64,000 nucleotides of DNA from Promethearchaeia archaeon (GTDB lineage: Archaea; Asgardarchaeota; Lokiarchaeia; Sigyniarchaeales; SOKP01). Below, piece after piece: positions 1-10,087 of the stretch (positions are counted from its first letter, which is position 1; each line of letters starts with the position of its first letter). The notes under the pieces are model-generated. The model had not been told where the DNA came from and made no database searches. It was given only the letters and a program-made list of their open reading frames with translations. A program made the translations under genes and the position numbers. The stretch covers positions 288,001 through 352,000 of the forward strand of contig JAHQWG010000016.1 in the NCBI GenBank assembly GCA_029856045.1. Reading direction: 5' to 3'.

Positions 1-2
1 AT

Positions 3-116
3 ATCTATGAACCTAATCCCGCAAACACAAAGATCTACGATGATCTATTCCAAGAATTTATCACTATTTATAATAATAATAAAAAAATGTACAAGCGTTT
101 AAACAAATTTCATTAA
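3..116 (+). CDS. C-terminal end of a gene entering the window, probably an FGGY-family carbohydrate kinase
   Basis: Frame 3 reads IYEPNPANTKIYDDLFQEFITIYNNNKKMYKRLNKFH*, which resembles the C-terminal 'yeP...Y..ly..f..iY' helix of xylulokinase-like FGGY kinases. Confidence 0.55.
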   Translation: MYEPNPANTKIYDDLFQEFITIYNNNKKMYKRLNKFH

Positions 117-143
117 TTTTATTTAAATCTTTATTATTAGAAA

Positions 144-1328
144 TTGACATACATGAAAGATATTGAAAAATCAAAAGAAAAAATTATCGAAGAATTGGAA
201 AAAAGACTCTCCAAAGATTTAACTTATGATTCTGGATTTATATTGGGTTCTATGTGCACTGAACCCTTGAAATTTGCAACTGAAATTTATACAAAATATA
301 TTACTAAAAATCTTGGAGACCCGGGGTTATTCCCAGGAACAATGGAACTAGAAAATGAAATAATTCAAGAGATGGGAGGTTTATTTGGATGTCGGAATGT
401 TTTAGGAACTATAACAACTGGTGGAACTGAGTCTAATATAATTGCTATGAGAATTGCAAGAAACTTGTTTAAAAATAAAAAAAATCCAGAATTCATTGTT
501 CCTGCATCAGCGCATATTTCATTTGATAAAGGTGCAGAATTATTAAAAATTGCCCTAAAAAAAGCAAAATTAAAGAAAGATTTTTCCTTGGATTTAAATC
601 ATCTTTCATCTCTTATATCCGAAAATACGATTGGTCTTGTAGGTGTAGCTGGAACAACTTCATTAGGTTTAATTGATCCTATCGATAAACTCGCAAATAT
701 ATCAGAAGAAAATAATTTATTTCTACATGTGGATGCCGCATTTGGTGGCTTTGTCCTTCCTTTTTTAAAAGAATTGGGATATAAAATCCCAAGCTGGGAT
801 TTTTCAATAAAAAATGTATTATCAATAACTGCAGATCCTCATAAAATGGGCTTAGTTCCTATTCCAAGTGGAGGTTTTCTAATAAAACCATCATCATTTT
901 ATGAAGAATTTGGATATGAAATCCCTTATCTTGCAGGTGGGGGGTTCAAACATTTTAATATTATTGGAACTCGAATAGGAGCTTCAGCAATCGCGTTTTG
1001 GGCTTTATGGAACTATTTAGGAAGGGAAGGATATAAAAATATAGTAAAGGAATGTATGGAAACAACATTTTATTTCATGAAAAGAATCGATGAAATATCC
1101 GGCATCAAGGTTGTTGTTAAACCAATTATGAATATTATCGGAATAACTACAGAGAATGGTGAAAATATTAAAATCATCGATAAGGAATTAAGAAAAAAAA
1201 AATGGAAGCTAGGTTTATTTAATAATTTAAAAATATTGCGAGCAGTAATTATGCCACACGTAAAAAAAGAGCATATCGATAAATTTTGCATTGATTTAGA
1301 ACTAATCACGAAAAAATTATTCAATTAA
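144..1328 (+). CDS. mfnA: PLP-dependent L-tyrosine/L-aspartate decarboxylase (MfnA family)
   Basis: ILGSMCT, NLGDPGLFPGT, TTGGTESN, HVDAAFGGF, SITADPHKMG (PLP lysine). Confidence 0.9.
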   Translation: MTYMKDIEKSKEKIIEELEKRLSKDLTYDSGFILGSMCTEPLKFATEIYTKYITKNLGDPGLFPGTMELENEIIQEMGGLFGCRNVLGTITTGGTESNIIAMRIARNLFKNKKNPEFIVPASAHISFDKGAELLKIALKKAKLKKDFSLDLNHLSSLISENTIGLVGVAGTTSLGLIDPIDKLANISEENNLFLHVDAAFGGFVLPFLKELGYKIPSWDFSIKNVLSITADPHKMGLVPIPSGGFLIKPSSFYEEFGYEIPYLAGGGFKHFNIIGTRIGASAIAFWALWNYLGREGYKNIVKECMETTFYFMKRIDEISGIKVVVKPIMNIIGITTENGENIKIIDKELRKKKWKLGLFNNLKILRAVIMPHVKKEHIDKFCIDLELITKKLFN

Positions 1329-1583
1329 CCTAATTCTTTCCATGAGTCAATAAGAGTATTTTCTTTCTTACTTTCCAGATACTTCAGAAATTATATTTAA
1401 TCTTTTTAAAAATAAGATGATCTGATTTATTTTCCTTTTCAAAAACAAATATTTAATCTTGCTTATTCTATTTTAAATTATTTTTTTAATAATATCTTTT
1501 GAAATTTATCATTTATAAATACAAAATTTTATTTATAAGAATTACAAATTTATTTTCATTGAACTACCATTGAAAAATTAAAA

Positions 1584-2564
1584 ATGGCTAAAAAAAAAGA
1601 AAAACTTTCTGCAAAGATAAAAACTTCACGGTATTGGACAAAGACATGTTCTAATCCAAAATGTAATTTTGAATACCCTAATTGGTTTACTAGCTGTCCA
1701 AAATGCCATACACCATGGACACAATCAACATCCACAGATATTAATAAATTTGATAAAATACCATCTAAAAAAACAATTAAAATTGTAGTTAAAATTACTG
1801 ATGAATCTCCAGAAAATCCTATTGTTTATGTAAGACTTAGATTTACAGCTGATGGAGGAAATTCTTGGTTTCAAGTACCTATGGAAAAACATCAAGATTT
1901 TTATCTTTCAGAAATCGAAGAAATGCCTTTAGGATCAAAAGTAATATATTATATTGAAGCAGAAGATGCTTCTGGTGAAATTTACATTGAAAATAATGAC
2001 GGAAAATATTTTGCCTATTATGTTGAGCCTCAACCAGCTGTAAAACAAAACACAGTTAAAGATCAGAAAAAAATTGGACAAGCACCATTCGAAGGGGAAG
2101 TCTTGGATAAACCATTTCTCTATGAAAGTCAAAATCTTAAAAAAACTATTAATGCACTTGAAAAAAAAACTCAACAAATATTTTCACAAATACAAACACA
2201 AAGCAAACCCCCTCAAGAAGAAGTGATTTTTCAAGATAAATCTCAACCTCAACCTGTAAAAAAAGGAAGCCCCCTTCATCCCGTAAAGGTTCCACAAAAA
2301 GGTAGTCCCATAAAAAAAAGCCAAGTTCAACCTGTAAAGATTCCTCAAAAAAATAATTCGGTTCAAGCTCCACCTCAACAAGAAATCATAAAACAAAAAT
2401 TACAAGAACCAAAACAACCAAAAATTCAAAATAATGAATTAACTATATTCGGGAAACCACAACGAAAAATTGATGAAAATCTTAAAGTGTGTCCGAATTG
2501 CCAAAGTAAAATTAAATCTATTTGGACTTCATGTCCAATATGCGGATATAGAGAGACAAGTTAA
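1584..2564 (+). CDS. Zinc-ribbon protein: N-terminal Zn ribbon, Ig-like beta-sandwich domain, P/Q/K-rich linker, C-terminal Zn ribbon
   Basis: CSNPKC..CPKC at N-terminus; VRLRFTADGGNSW..IYYIEAED beta-rich segment; CPNC..CPIC at C-terminus. Confidence 0.7.
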   Translation: MAKKKEKLSAKIKTSRYWTKTCSNPKCNFEYPNWFTSCPKCHTPWTQSTSTDINKFDKIPSKKTIKIVVKITDESPENPIVYVRLRFTADGGNSWFQVPMEKHQDFYLSEIEEMPLGSKVIYYIEAEDASGEIYIENNDGKYFAYYVEPQPAVKQNTVKDQKKIGQAPFEGEVLDKPFLYESQNLKKTINALEKKTQQIFSQIQTQSKPPQEEVIFQDKSQPQPVKKGSPLHPVKVPQKGSPIKKSQVQPVKIPQKNNSVQAPPQQEIIKQKLQEPKQPKIQNNELTIFGKPQRKIDENLKVCPNCQSKIKSIWTSCPICGYRETS

Positions 2565-2577
2565 TTAAACTAATGGA

Positions 2578-3996
2578 TTAAAGCTTTGCTCCGCAACGAT
2601 TGCAAAATTTATATGCCTTAGATAGAACAGCTCCACAATGCTGACATATGATCATCTCTTTCTTTCTTACTTTTTCCTTTTCACTCTTTTTTTCTTTCTC
2701 TTTGGATTTTTTCTTTTCCTTATGTTTTTTCTTAATTTCTTCTGCATTGGGAATTACTCTTAATGTTGCATCTGAAATAGGAGTAGATGGCTCTTTTTTC
2801 TCAGACATAAATGGAATAAAATTACCAATTGATTCTGGAGCTCCCTCAATTTCTCCTTTCTTTTTGCTTGCTTCACTTAACGTTTGAAAAAAATCCCCTT
2901 TAGAAGAATTTTCTTGAGGTAAATATTGCGTTAAGGAAGGGCTTTTTGATGGTTCTAATTCTGAAAATAAAATTGGTTTATAATTTTCTGCTTTTGGTGA
3001 TTCTGACTTAGGAATTAGTTGTTCAGACTCGTCTTGTTTAGGTGGTTTTGGTGCAGGAGATATTGGTTGAAAACCAGGAGGAGGTGGAACAGGTTTTGGA
3101 GTTTTTTCTGAAAATGGTACTCCTTTAGGAGTAAAAGTCTCTTGTTCGAAAGCAGCTGGAGAAATAGCATCTTTTGGAATTTCTTGAGTCGGAGACATCT
3201 TAATTGCAGGTTCAGGAACAGGTGGTGCAGAAAATGCGGGTTCAGGTTCTGGTTCAGGTTCAGGTTCAGGTTCAGGAACAGGTGGTGCAGAAAATGCGGG
3301 TTCAGGTTCAGGAACAGGTGGTGCAGAAAATGCGGGTTCAGGTTCAGGTTCAGGAACAGATGGTGCAGAAAATACGGGTTCAGGTTCAGGAATAGATTTT
3401 GGGTGCATTGCTATCATCCCTGGTTTTAATAATTCTTTTTGACCAAGCAATTCTTGTGGAACTTCAAGTCCCATCATTAAATAAGCTAGAATCGCGAAAC
3501 AGTCACTCACATTTTCTCCTGATTTTGCACTAGTTTCTAAATAATAAAACTTAAATTTTTGTGAAAATAACTCTATATCGCTTTCACTGACTGCTCTTTC
3601 ATTAATTAAATCACTTTTATTACCAATAAGTAACATGGGAATATCGCTTTTAGAATTTGATTTAATTTCTTCAATCCAATTTGGTAAATGTTCGAAACTT
3701 TCAATATTGGTTAGATCAAAAACTAATAACGCACCTAATGCTCCTCGATAATACATTGGTCGCACTGAAGAAAATCGTTCCTGACCTCCAGTATCCCATA
3801 ATTGAAGTTTACATTTTTTAATACCCTCTAAAGTTTGAATCTCTATAGTCTTTATATGAAAATCGACGCCTATCGTCAATTTATAATCCTGTTCGAAGAA
3901 ACCTTTAGTAAAACGTATTGTAAGTGCGGTTTTTCCTACACCTCCGTCGCCTGTAACAATAGCCTTAAAAAGGAAATCATATTCAGTAGCTGACAT
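2578..3996 (-). CDS. Rab-like small GTPase with long Pro/Glu-rich tail, polybasic segment and C-terminal Zn ribbon
   Basis: G1 GDGGVGKT, G2 TIGVDF, G3 WDTGGQERF, YYRGA, G4 NKSD, G5 ETSAK; C-terminal CQHC..CNRC. Confidence 0.92.
   Translation of the reverse strand: MSATEYDFLFKAIVTGDGGVGKTALTIRFTKGFFEQDYKLTIGVDFHIKTIEIQTLEGIKKCKLQLWDTGGQERFSSVRPMYYRGALGALLVFDLTNIESFEHLPNWIEEIKSNSKSDIPMLLIGNKSDLINERAVSESDIELFSQKFKFYYLETSAKSGENVSDCFAILAYLMMGLEVPQELLGQKELLKPGMIAMHPKSIPEPEPVFSAPSVPEPEPEPAFSAPPVPEPEPAFSAPPVPEPEPEPEPEPEPAFSAPPVPEPAIKMSPTQEIPKDAISPAAFEQETFTPKGVPFSEKTPKPVPPPPGFQPISPAPKPPKQDESEQLIPKSESPKAENYKPILFSELEPSKSPSLTQYLPQENSSKGDFFQTLSEASKKKGEIEGAPESIGNFIPFMSEKKEPSTPISDATLRVIPNAEEIKKKHKEKKKSKEKEKKSEKEKVRKKEMIICQHCGAVLSKAYKFCNRCGAKL
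3207..3392. repeat. Coding tandem repeat in the Rab-like GTPase tail: four FSAP(P/S)V units separated by variable (PE)n runs
   Basis: Repeated ggaacaggtggtgcagaaaatgcggg interspersed with variable copies of ttcagg hexamers. Confidence 0.95.
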
Positions 3997-4497
3997 TTTA
4001 TAATTCTTCCTCCAAAAACATAATATTATTTCCTAAACAAATCATAATCTTAAAAAACGACAATTTAAGAAAAATTAAATTTAAATGATATTTCGTTCAT
4101 TTTAATGTTAAAAATATTTACTATGATATTTACTATGTAATATATCACATGTATGAATTTATATTTTAATATTCTTATTTACAAAAAAAAATGAAATCTT
4201 ATACACAACTCGTGTCTCTTTATATTAAATTTTAATTTTAATATAACCAAAGATAAAAATATTCCTTTAATTTGATTTAATTAAATTTTTTCTTTTCTAC
4301 ACCCTTCTTAATTTTTAATTCTTTTTGGATATTTTTCAAAATGAAAGTATTTTAAAGTAGTGATAAAATTACTAAAACTAAAATATTTGATTTATTAAAA
4401 ATCATAAAATTGAAAATAATAAAATTATTATTTAGAACTGATAAGATTTTATTGATAACTTTATTTTTTAAATGGAATAAAATGGTTTTTTATAAAA

Positions 4498-5835
4498 ATG
4501 ATAAGAAAAAATAATGCACCCGTATTACAAATAGCTCTTGACTTAGTAAATTTACATAGAGCTTTACAAATAGCAGAAGAAGCAATCAAAGGAGGAGTAA
4601 ATTGGATTGAAGCCGGAACTCCACTTATCAAATCCGAAGGCATGAACGCTGTAAGAAAATTAAAAGAGAAGTTTCCTAACCATACAATTGTAGCAGATAT
4701 GAAGACTGTAGATGGAGGTTCTGCAGAAATAGAAATAGCTGCTAAGGCAGGAGCTGGAGTTGTCCTCATGTTAGGAGTAAGTGATAATACATCAATCCGT
4801 GAAGCAATTCTTGCCGGTAAGAAATATGGTGTTAAAATTGGATGTGATTTGATTGATATTGATGAAGAAAAATTTATAGAAAGGGCGTTAGAATTAGAAG
4901 AAATGGGCGTGGATATCATTTGTGTACATGTGGGTGTTGACCAGCAAATGATCTATGGTGGTAAGAAGACTATCGAATTAACAAGAAAAGTTGCGGAAAG
5001 ATTAAATCCAACAACTCTTGTTGCAACCGCTGGAGGATTAAATAGTGAGACTGCTAATGAAGCAAGAGAAGCTGGAGCAGATATTATAATTGTTGGAGGT
5101 GCTTTATATAAAGCAAAAAGTCCTGAAGAATCTGCAAGAACAATTTTGAAAGCAATCAATGAAGCCAAATCTATCAAAACTGATTTATTCAAAAAATATA
5201 GTGAAGAAGAATTATATAAAGTTTTTATGAAAGTATCCACGCCAAATGTTTCAGATGCGATGCATAGAGAAGGAGAAATGCAAGGATTATTCCCCATTTG
5301 GATTGGAACTGATAAAGAACCATTAAAATTTGCAGGTAAAGCTGTTACAGTTCGAGCATATAACGGAGATTGGTCCAAGCCCGTGGAAGCTATTGATGTT
5401 GCACAAGAAGGAGAAGTTATTGTTATTGATGCTTGTGAAGGAAAAGATGCAGTTTGGGGTGAACTTGCATCATGGAGTTGTAAACAAAAAGGAATCGCTG
5501 CAGTAGTTATTGATGGTGCGATAAGAGATGTTGATGATATAAGAGAAATAAAATTCCCCGCATTTGCTAGATATATAACACCCACTGCTGGAGAACCACG
5601 AGGTATGGGAGAAATTAACACATCAATTGAATGTGGAAACCAAAAAATTGAGGCTGGAGATTGGATCATTGGTGATCAATCCGGAGTTGTAGTAGTTCCT
5701 AAATATAAAGCAAAGGAAATTGCAAATAGAGCTATTGATGTGTTAGAAAAAGAAAACCGAATCAGAGAAGAAATTCAGCGAGGTTCTACTTTATCGAAAG
5801 TAATAAAACTTAAAAAATGGGAAAAATTTGGCTGA
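4498..5835 (+). CDS. Bifunctional 3-hexulose-6-phosphate synthase / RraA-like domain protein
   Basis: LQIALD, IEAGTPLIKSEG, ADMKTVDGG, VHVGVDQQ (HPS); STPNVSDAM, AVWGELAS, IDGAIRDVD, GDQSGVVVVP (RraA/HMG aldolase). Confidence 0.9.
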   Translation: MIRKNNAPVLQIALDLVNLHRALQIAEEAIKGGVNWIEAGTPLIKSEGMNAVRKLKEKFPNHTIVADMKTVDGGSAEIEIAAKAGAGVVLMLGVSDNTSIREAILAGKKYGVKIGCDLIDIDEEKFIERALELEEMGVDIICVHVGVDQQMIYGGKKTIELTRKVAERLNPTTLVATAGGLNSETANEAREAGADIIIVGGALYKAKSPEESARTILKAINEAKSIKTDLFKKYSEEELYKVFMKVSTPNVSDAMHREGEMQGLFPIWIGTDKEPLKFAGKAVTVRAYNGDWSKPVEAIDVAQEGEVIVIDACEGKDAVWGELASWSCKQKGIAAVVIDGAIRDVDDIREIKFPAFARYITPTAGEPRGMGEINTSIECGNQKIEAGDWIIGDQSGVVVVPKYKAKEIANRAIDVLEKENRIREEIQRGSTLSKVIKLKKWEKFG

Positions 5836-5856
5836 AAACATCTTTAAATAATTAGA

Positions 5857-6813
5857 TTAAAAGATTATCTTTTTTACTTCTTCTAAAAGAGTTGGTAAAT
5901 TAGATTTGATTAAATCGACATTTCCTTCTTCCCTAGTTGATTTTAAGCTTAAAAATAACCGTATTGTTTTTTTCTCACCTTTTGTTGGATGAATTATGAA
6001 GGTTTTAACATATGTGAAATTATCCTTGAAAAAATCTAACTTCTCATCAATTTTAACTTTATTATTTATTAAAGCTTGAAAAAATTCGAGATCTTCATTT
6101 AGTTTAGGTATTATTTTTATATCATACTCTTTTAAATCAATTACATCCTTATAATAATCGGAAATAATCAATCCTTTATGAGAGAATAATAAAACATAAT
6201 CGCAAGAGAAATTTTCTGCGAATTCTTTTAATTTATTATCCGCACTTTCTAAAAAAAGAATTTTATTCAAAGAAGAGGATAATGCTTTTGTGAGAGAGTA
6301 AATATTATAAATAGATGTATCGAAAAATCGAAAATTCATTTTAGGATTTGATTTTTGAATTAAATCTACTAACATTCTTTTCCTTTCTTTGAACTCTTCA
6401 AGGTTTTTATAATTGGGATCGAATTTATGAAAACAAATATTTATCTCATTATTATATTCCAGGTTTCGAAAAATATTTAATAATTCATGTAAATAATTAA
6501 CAGAAGTTTCGAAACGCATTTCATCTTGGATATCAATTAAATATAATATTGCATCAGTATCCTCAAAATATATAGGGTGATTTACGTAAATATTTCTAAA
6601 TTTCTCTTGTCCTCCCATATCCCATAAATTCAATTGATGTTTTCTTAAGATTATGCAAGTAGAATAATCTATCTTAATGGTTGGTTTTAAGTCTTCAATC
6701 TTCTCCCAGAAATTATATTTCTTCCTTATCGCAATTAAATAACTGGACTTTCCTGCATTATCTAATCCTGAAAGAATGATCTTATATTCCTTCAAATCAC
6801 TATGTTGCGCCAT
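5857..6813 (-). CDS. Rag/Gtr-like small GTPase with C-terminal roadblock/longin-like domain
   Basis: GLDNAGKS, PTIKI, WDMGGQ, Rag-type G4 HKFD and G5 TSIY; C-terminal 'YVLLFSHKGLIISDY' roadblock-like strand. Confidence 0.8.
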   Translation of the reverse strand: MAQHSDLKEYKIILSGLDNAGKSSYLIAIRKKYNFWEKIEDLKPTIKIDYSTCIILRKHQLNLWDMGGQEKFRNIYVNHPIYFEDTDAILYLIDIQDEMRFETSVNYLHELLNIFRNLEYNNEINICFHKFDPNYKNLEEFKERKRMLVDLIQKSNPKMNFRFFDTSIYNIYSLTKALSSSLNKILFLESADNKLKEFAENFSCDYVLLFSHKGLIISDYYKDVIDLKEYDIKIIPKLNEDLEFFQALINNKVKIDEKLDFFKDNFTYVKTFIIHPTKGEKKTIRLFLSLKSTREEGNVDLIKSNLPTLLEEVKKIIF

Positions 6814-6903
6814 TTTTTAAAACATCTTGAATTTTTCATAAAATATTTTTATAATTTAATTAAGTATAATGAAATAAATAATGATATATATTTTATTATT
6901 TAA

Positions 6904-7884
6904 ATGGCTGATTTTATTGGCATTTTATTGACAATTGACGCAATCTTTTCATGGGCTTTTGCCAGTTTAGTATATAAATTCGGCTTACAAAAAATAGAAG
7001 CTCCGCAAGCTCTTTTACCTAGGTTATTATTTGTTTCCCTCTTTACTTTTGTTATATCCTTGTTCTTTGGAAATTATTTCATATTCACTGGATTGAATTT
7101 TCAACAATTAATGGATTATTTTATCGCTTGTATTATTTCTGGAGCTACCGTTACAATTGGAGATCTTCTATATTTTCATTCATTAAAAAAAATTGATGCT
7201 TCTCGAGCTTATCCCCTAAGTTCATTATCTTTAGTTTTTGTTTATCCATTCGCAGCAATCTTTTTTGGAGAAATAATCACATTTTCAATTATGATAGGGG
7301 GCATTATTATTTTAATAGGTGCTTTTTTTTTAAGTTCAAAAGATATCCCTAAGAATGAAATATTAAGCTCAAATAATGTAAATAAAAACTCTAATAACCT
7401 AGAAAATAAAATCGAAGTAAAACAAAAATTATCTGAAGATTTATTCATAGGAGTAATTTTAGCTTTGTGTACGGCATTCTTCTGGGCTTTAGCAATTATT
7501 TCATTCAATCAAGCCAGAATTCTCGCAAACGGAGAAGTTTTTGCTACAAATTTTTTTCGAATTATAAGCGCAACAATATTCATTTCCATACTAGGAATGT
7601 TTAAACACAAATATTATGAAGGATTTAAAAAAGAAAATAGAATCCATGTAAAATATTTTATTTATATAGCTATTGCTGGCTCATTATCTTTGGGTTTTGC
7701 AGATTCATTGTTCTATAAAGCGGCTGAAATAAATGGATTAATATTAACTTCTACAATAACTGCAAGCACACCTTTAATTCAACAACTTGCCTCAGTTTTA
7801 ATATTAAAAGAAAAATTTCGTAAGAGATTTTTAATTGCCGTAATACTAATTATTTTAGGAAATTACATTATAATTTTCTTATAA
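6904..7884 (+). CDS. DMT/EamA-family transporter
   Basis: About 10 hydrophobic segments in two EamA repeats; GDLLYFHSLKKIDASRAYP. Confidence 0.88.
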   Translation: MADFIGILLTIDAIFSWAFASLVYKFGLQKIEAPQALLPRLLFVSLFTFVISLFFGNYFIFTGLNFQQLMDYFIACIISGATVTIGDLLYFHSLKKIDASRAYPLSSLSLVFVYPFAAIFFGEIITFSIMIGGIIILIGAFFLSSKDIPKNEILSSNNVNKNSNNLENKIEVKQKLSEDLFIGVILALCTAFFWALAIISFNQARILANGEVFATNFFRIISATIFISILGMFKHKYYEGFKKENRIHVKYFIYIAIAGSLSLGFADSLFYKAAEINGLILTSTITASTPLIQQLASVLILKEKFRKRFLIAVILIILGNYIIIFL

Positions 7885-7908
7885 AAGATTGATAATATTT
7901 TTTTAATT

Positions 7909-8343
7909 ATGAGTGAAAAAGGCTATAAATTTCTCGACCATATCTCAGACGTCCAAGTTAATTGTTGGGGTTTAGATCTAAAAGAAGCGTTTTCACAAGC
8001 AGCACTAAGTTTATTTGATACGATTACAGACATCAGAAAAATTGATAAGAAAATCTCAAAATCGATTCAAATTACAGCAGAGGATAAAGAGTCCCTACTA
8101 TTTGATTTCTTAAGTGAATTTTTATATATTTTTGATACTGAAAACCTGATTTTTTCCGAGATTAAAGTGATTAATATTGATGAAAGTCATGATGGATATA
8201 TGCTAAATGCCCAAGTAATAGGTGATTTTTTTGATTTGAAAAAGCATTCAAGCGGAATAGAAGTTAAAGCAATAACGTATTCATACATGAAAATTGAAGA
8301 AAAAAAAAATAAAACAATAATTGAAGTAATTTTTGATATCTAA
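7909..8343 (+). CDS. Archease
   Basis: YKFLDHISDV, EAFSQAALSLF, LLFDFLSEFLY, EVKAITY, C-terminal FDI. Confidence 0.95.
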   Translation: MSEKGYKFLDHISDVQVNCWGLDLKEAFSQAALSLFDTITDIRKIDKKISKSIQITAEDKESLLFDFLSEFLYIFDTENLIFSEIKVINIDESHDGYMLNAQVIGDFFDLKKHSSGIEVKAITYSYMKIEEKKNKTIIEVIFDI

Positions 8344-9812
8344 CCTTTGACTACGCCTATAGGAACTAATCTTACAATCTTTTTGACTATTCCAAGATCA
8401 TGACTAACTTGAACGACCTGATCGATATTCTTATAAGCGCCGGGTGCTTCTTCTGCTAAAACTTTCATTGAAGCTGCTTCAACTGTAATTCCATGTCTAG
8501 CCAGATCATCCTTGATTTTTTCGCCCCAGAATTTTTTCTTCGCTTTTGATCTAGATAATTGCCGACCAGCTCCATGTGCGGTTGATCCGAAAGATAACTC
8601 CATAGCCTTTGGTCCTCCAACACATAAATAACTTGCTGAACCCATAGTGCCTGGGATCAAAACCGGTTGCCCCACTGCTTTATATTCTTCGGGAATTTGG
8701 GGATGACCGGGAGGAAAGGCTCTTGTTGCACCTTTTCTGTGAATATTTAATTTCATTTTCTTACCATTAATTTCATGCTCTTCAATTTTTAAAATGTTAT
8801 GACAAACATCGTATATTAAATTTAATCCAAGTTCTATCGGATCTTTTTTTAAAATTTCCTTAAATGATTCCCTAACCCAATGTGTAATTAATTGACGATT
8901 ATTCCACGCAAAATTGGCAGCACAAGCCATCCCACTTAAATAATCTTTTGCTTCTGGTGTATCTGCCTTAAGATAAGCAAGCTCCCTATCAGGAACTACA
9001 ATTCCATATTTCTGCATAGCCTTATCAAATATTCTTAAATAATCTGTTGCAATTTGATGCCCCATTGCTCTCGAGCCAGTGTGCACCATCACTGTAACTT
9101 GCCCTTTTTCTTCTATCCCCAATATTTTTGCAATAGATGCATCATAAATTTCATTTACTTCCTGAATTTCTACAAAATGATTTCCAGATCCCAATGAGCC
9201 GATTTGGCGGATTCCCCTCTCCTTAGCTCTTCTTGAAACCTTGTTAGAATCGGCTCCCTTCATACATCCATTTTCTTCACAAAATTTTCTATCCTCTGGG
9301 TATCCATATCCATTTTCTATCGCCCAGTTCACACCATTTTCTAAAGCTTTATCTAAATGATCATAATTAATATTTAATTTTCCTTTGGAACCCAATCCAC
9401 TCGGAACATTTTTGAAAAGAGATTTAACCAAATGTGGTAATGCATTTCTTATTTCTTCCCTTTTTAGATCTGTGCGGAGGAGTCTGACCCCGCAATTAAT
9501 GTCATACCCAACACCACCAGGTGAAACCGCCCCCGTTTCTGCATCTGTTCCAGCAACGCCGCCGATACAGAAGCCATAACCTTGATGTGCATCACTTAAA
9601 GCAATAACATGTTTTACTATTCCATCTAAACATGCTACATTAGTTATTTGATCAAGAGTTTTATCTTTCCTTATATTTTCCATTAAAAAATCATTTGCAT
9701 AAACTATTGCAGGCACTTTCATTTGAAATTTTTTTGTTTCGCCGTATATTCTAGAAAATTTTGCTTGAGGAGATATTAAAAAAATATTTTCTGAAATTTT
9801 TTTTATGTCCAT
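8340..9812 (-). CDS. rtcB: tRNA-splicing ligase RtcB
   Basis: DAHQGYGFCIGG, GVGYDINCG, GSGNHFVE, HTGSR, HRKGAT, STAHGAGR, EEAPGAYK. Confidence 0.97.
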   Translation of the reverse strand: MDIKKISENIFLISPQAKFSRIYGETKKFQMKVPAIVYANDFLMENIRKDKTLDQITNVACLDGIVKHVIALSDAHQGYGFCIGGVAGTDAETGAVSPGGVGYDINCGVRLLRTDLKREEIRNALPHLVKSLFKNVPSGLGSKGKLNINYDHLDKALENGVNWAIENGYGYPEDRKFCEENGCMKGADSNKVSRRAKERGIRQIGSLGSGNHFVEIQEVNEIYDASIAKILGIEEKGQVTVMVHTGSRAMGHQIATDYLRIFDKAMQKYGIVVPDRELAYLKADTPEAKDYLSGMACAANFAWNNRQLITHWVRESFKEILKKDPIELGLNLIYDVCHNILKIEEHEINGKKMKLNIHRKGATRAFPPGHPQIPEEYKAVGQPVLIPGTMGSASYLCVGGPKAMELSFGSTAHGAGRQLSRSKAKKKFWGEKIKDDLARHGITVEAASMKVLAEEAPGAYKNIDQVVQVSHDLGIVKKIVRLVPIGVVKG

Positions 9813-10087
9813 AATAAGTTTATAAGATTAAAAAACATAAAAAAATTCTTTATAAAATAAAAAAAAAATCCATCTTTTTCTTAATTCATAGGAATTTAAT
9901 CCCTATTGAAAAAAAAATCTTAAAAAAATCTTAGTACAGCATGGTATTACTTCATTATTTCCTCACAAAATAAAGATTTAAAGAATATATGAATAAAATA
10001 TTTTTTTAAATACAATTATAAATACAATTTTTTATTAATTATTTAAAAATAAATGAAGTTATTTTCTAGTTTATAGGTGTATCTAAC

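Noticed and set aside
3142-3429. Repetitive + strand ORFs (RNRWCRKCGF.., QVQEQVVQKMR..) and a possible CRISPR-like array
   Set aside because: These are antisense readings of the Rab tail repeat. There are no unique spacers and no cas genes.
4461-5669. 152-aa and 238-aa minus-strand ORFs
   Set aside because: Antisense shadows of the well-supported HPS/RraA gene. The same applies to the other short overlapping ORFs in the track (e.g. 41824-42219, 44072-44599, 57569-57904).
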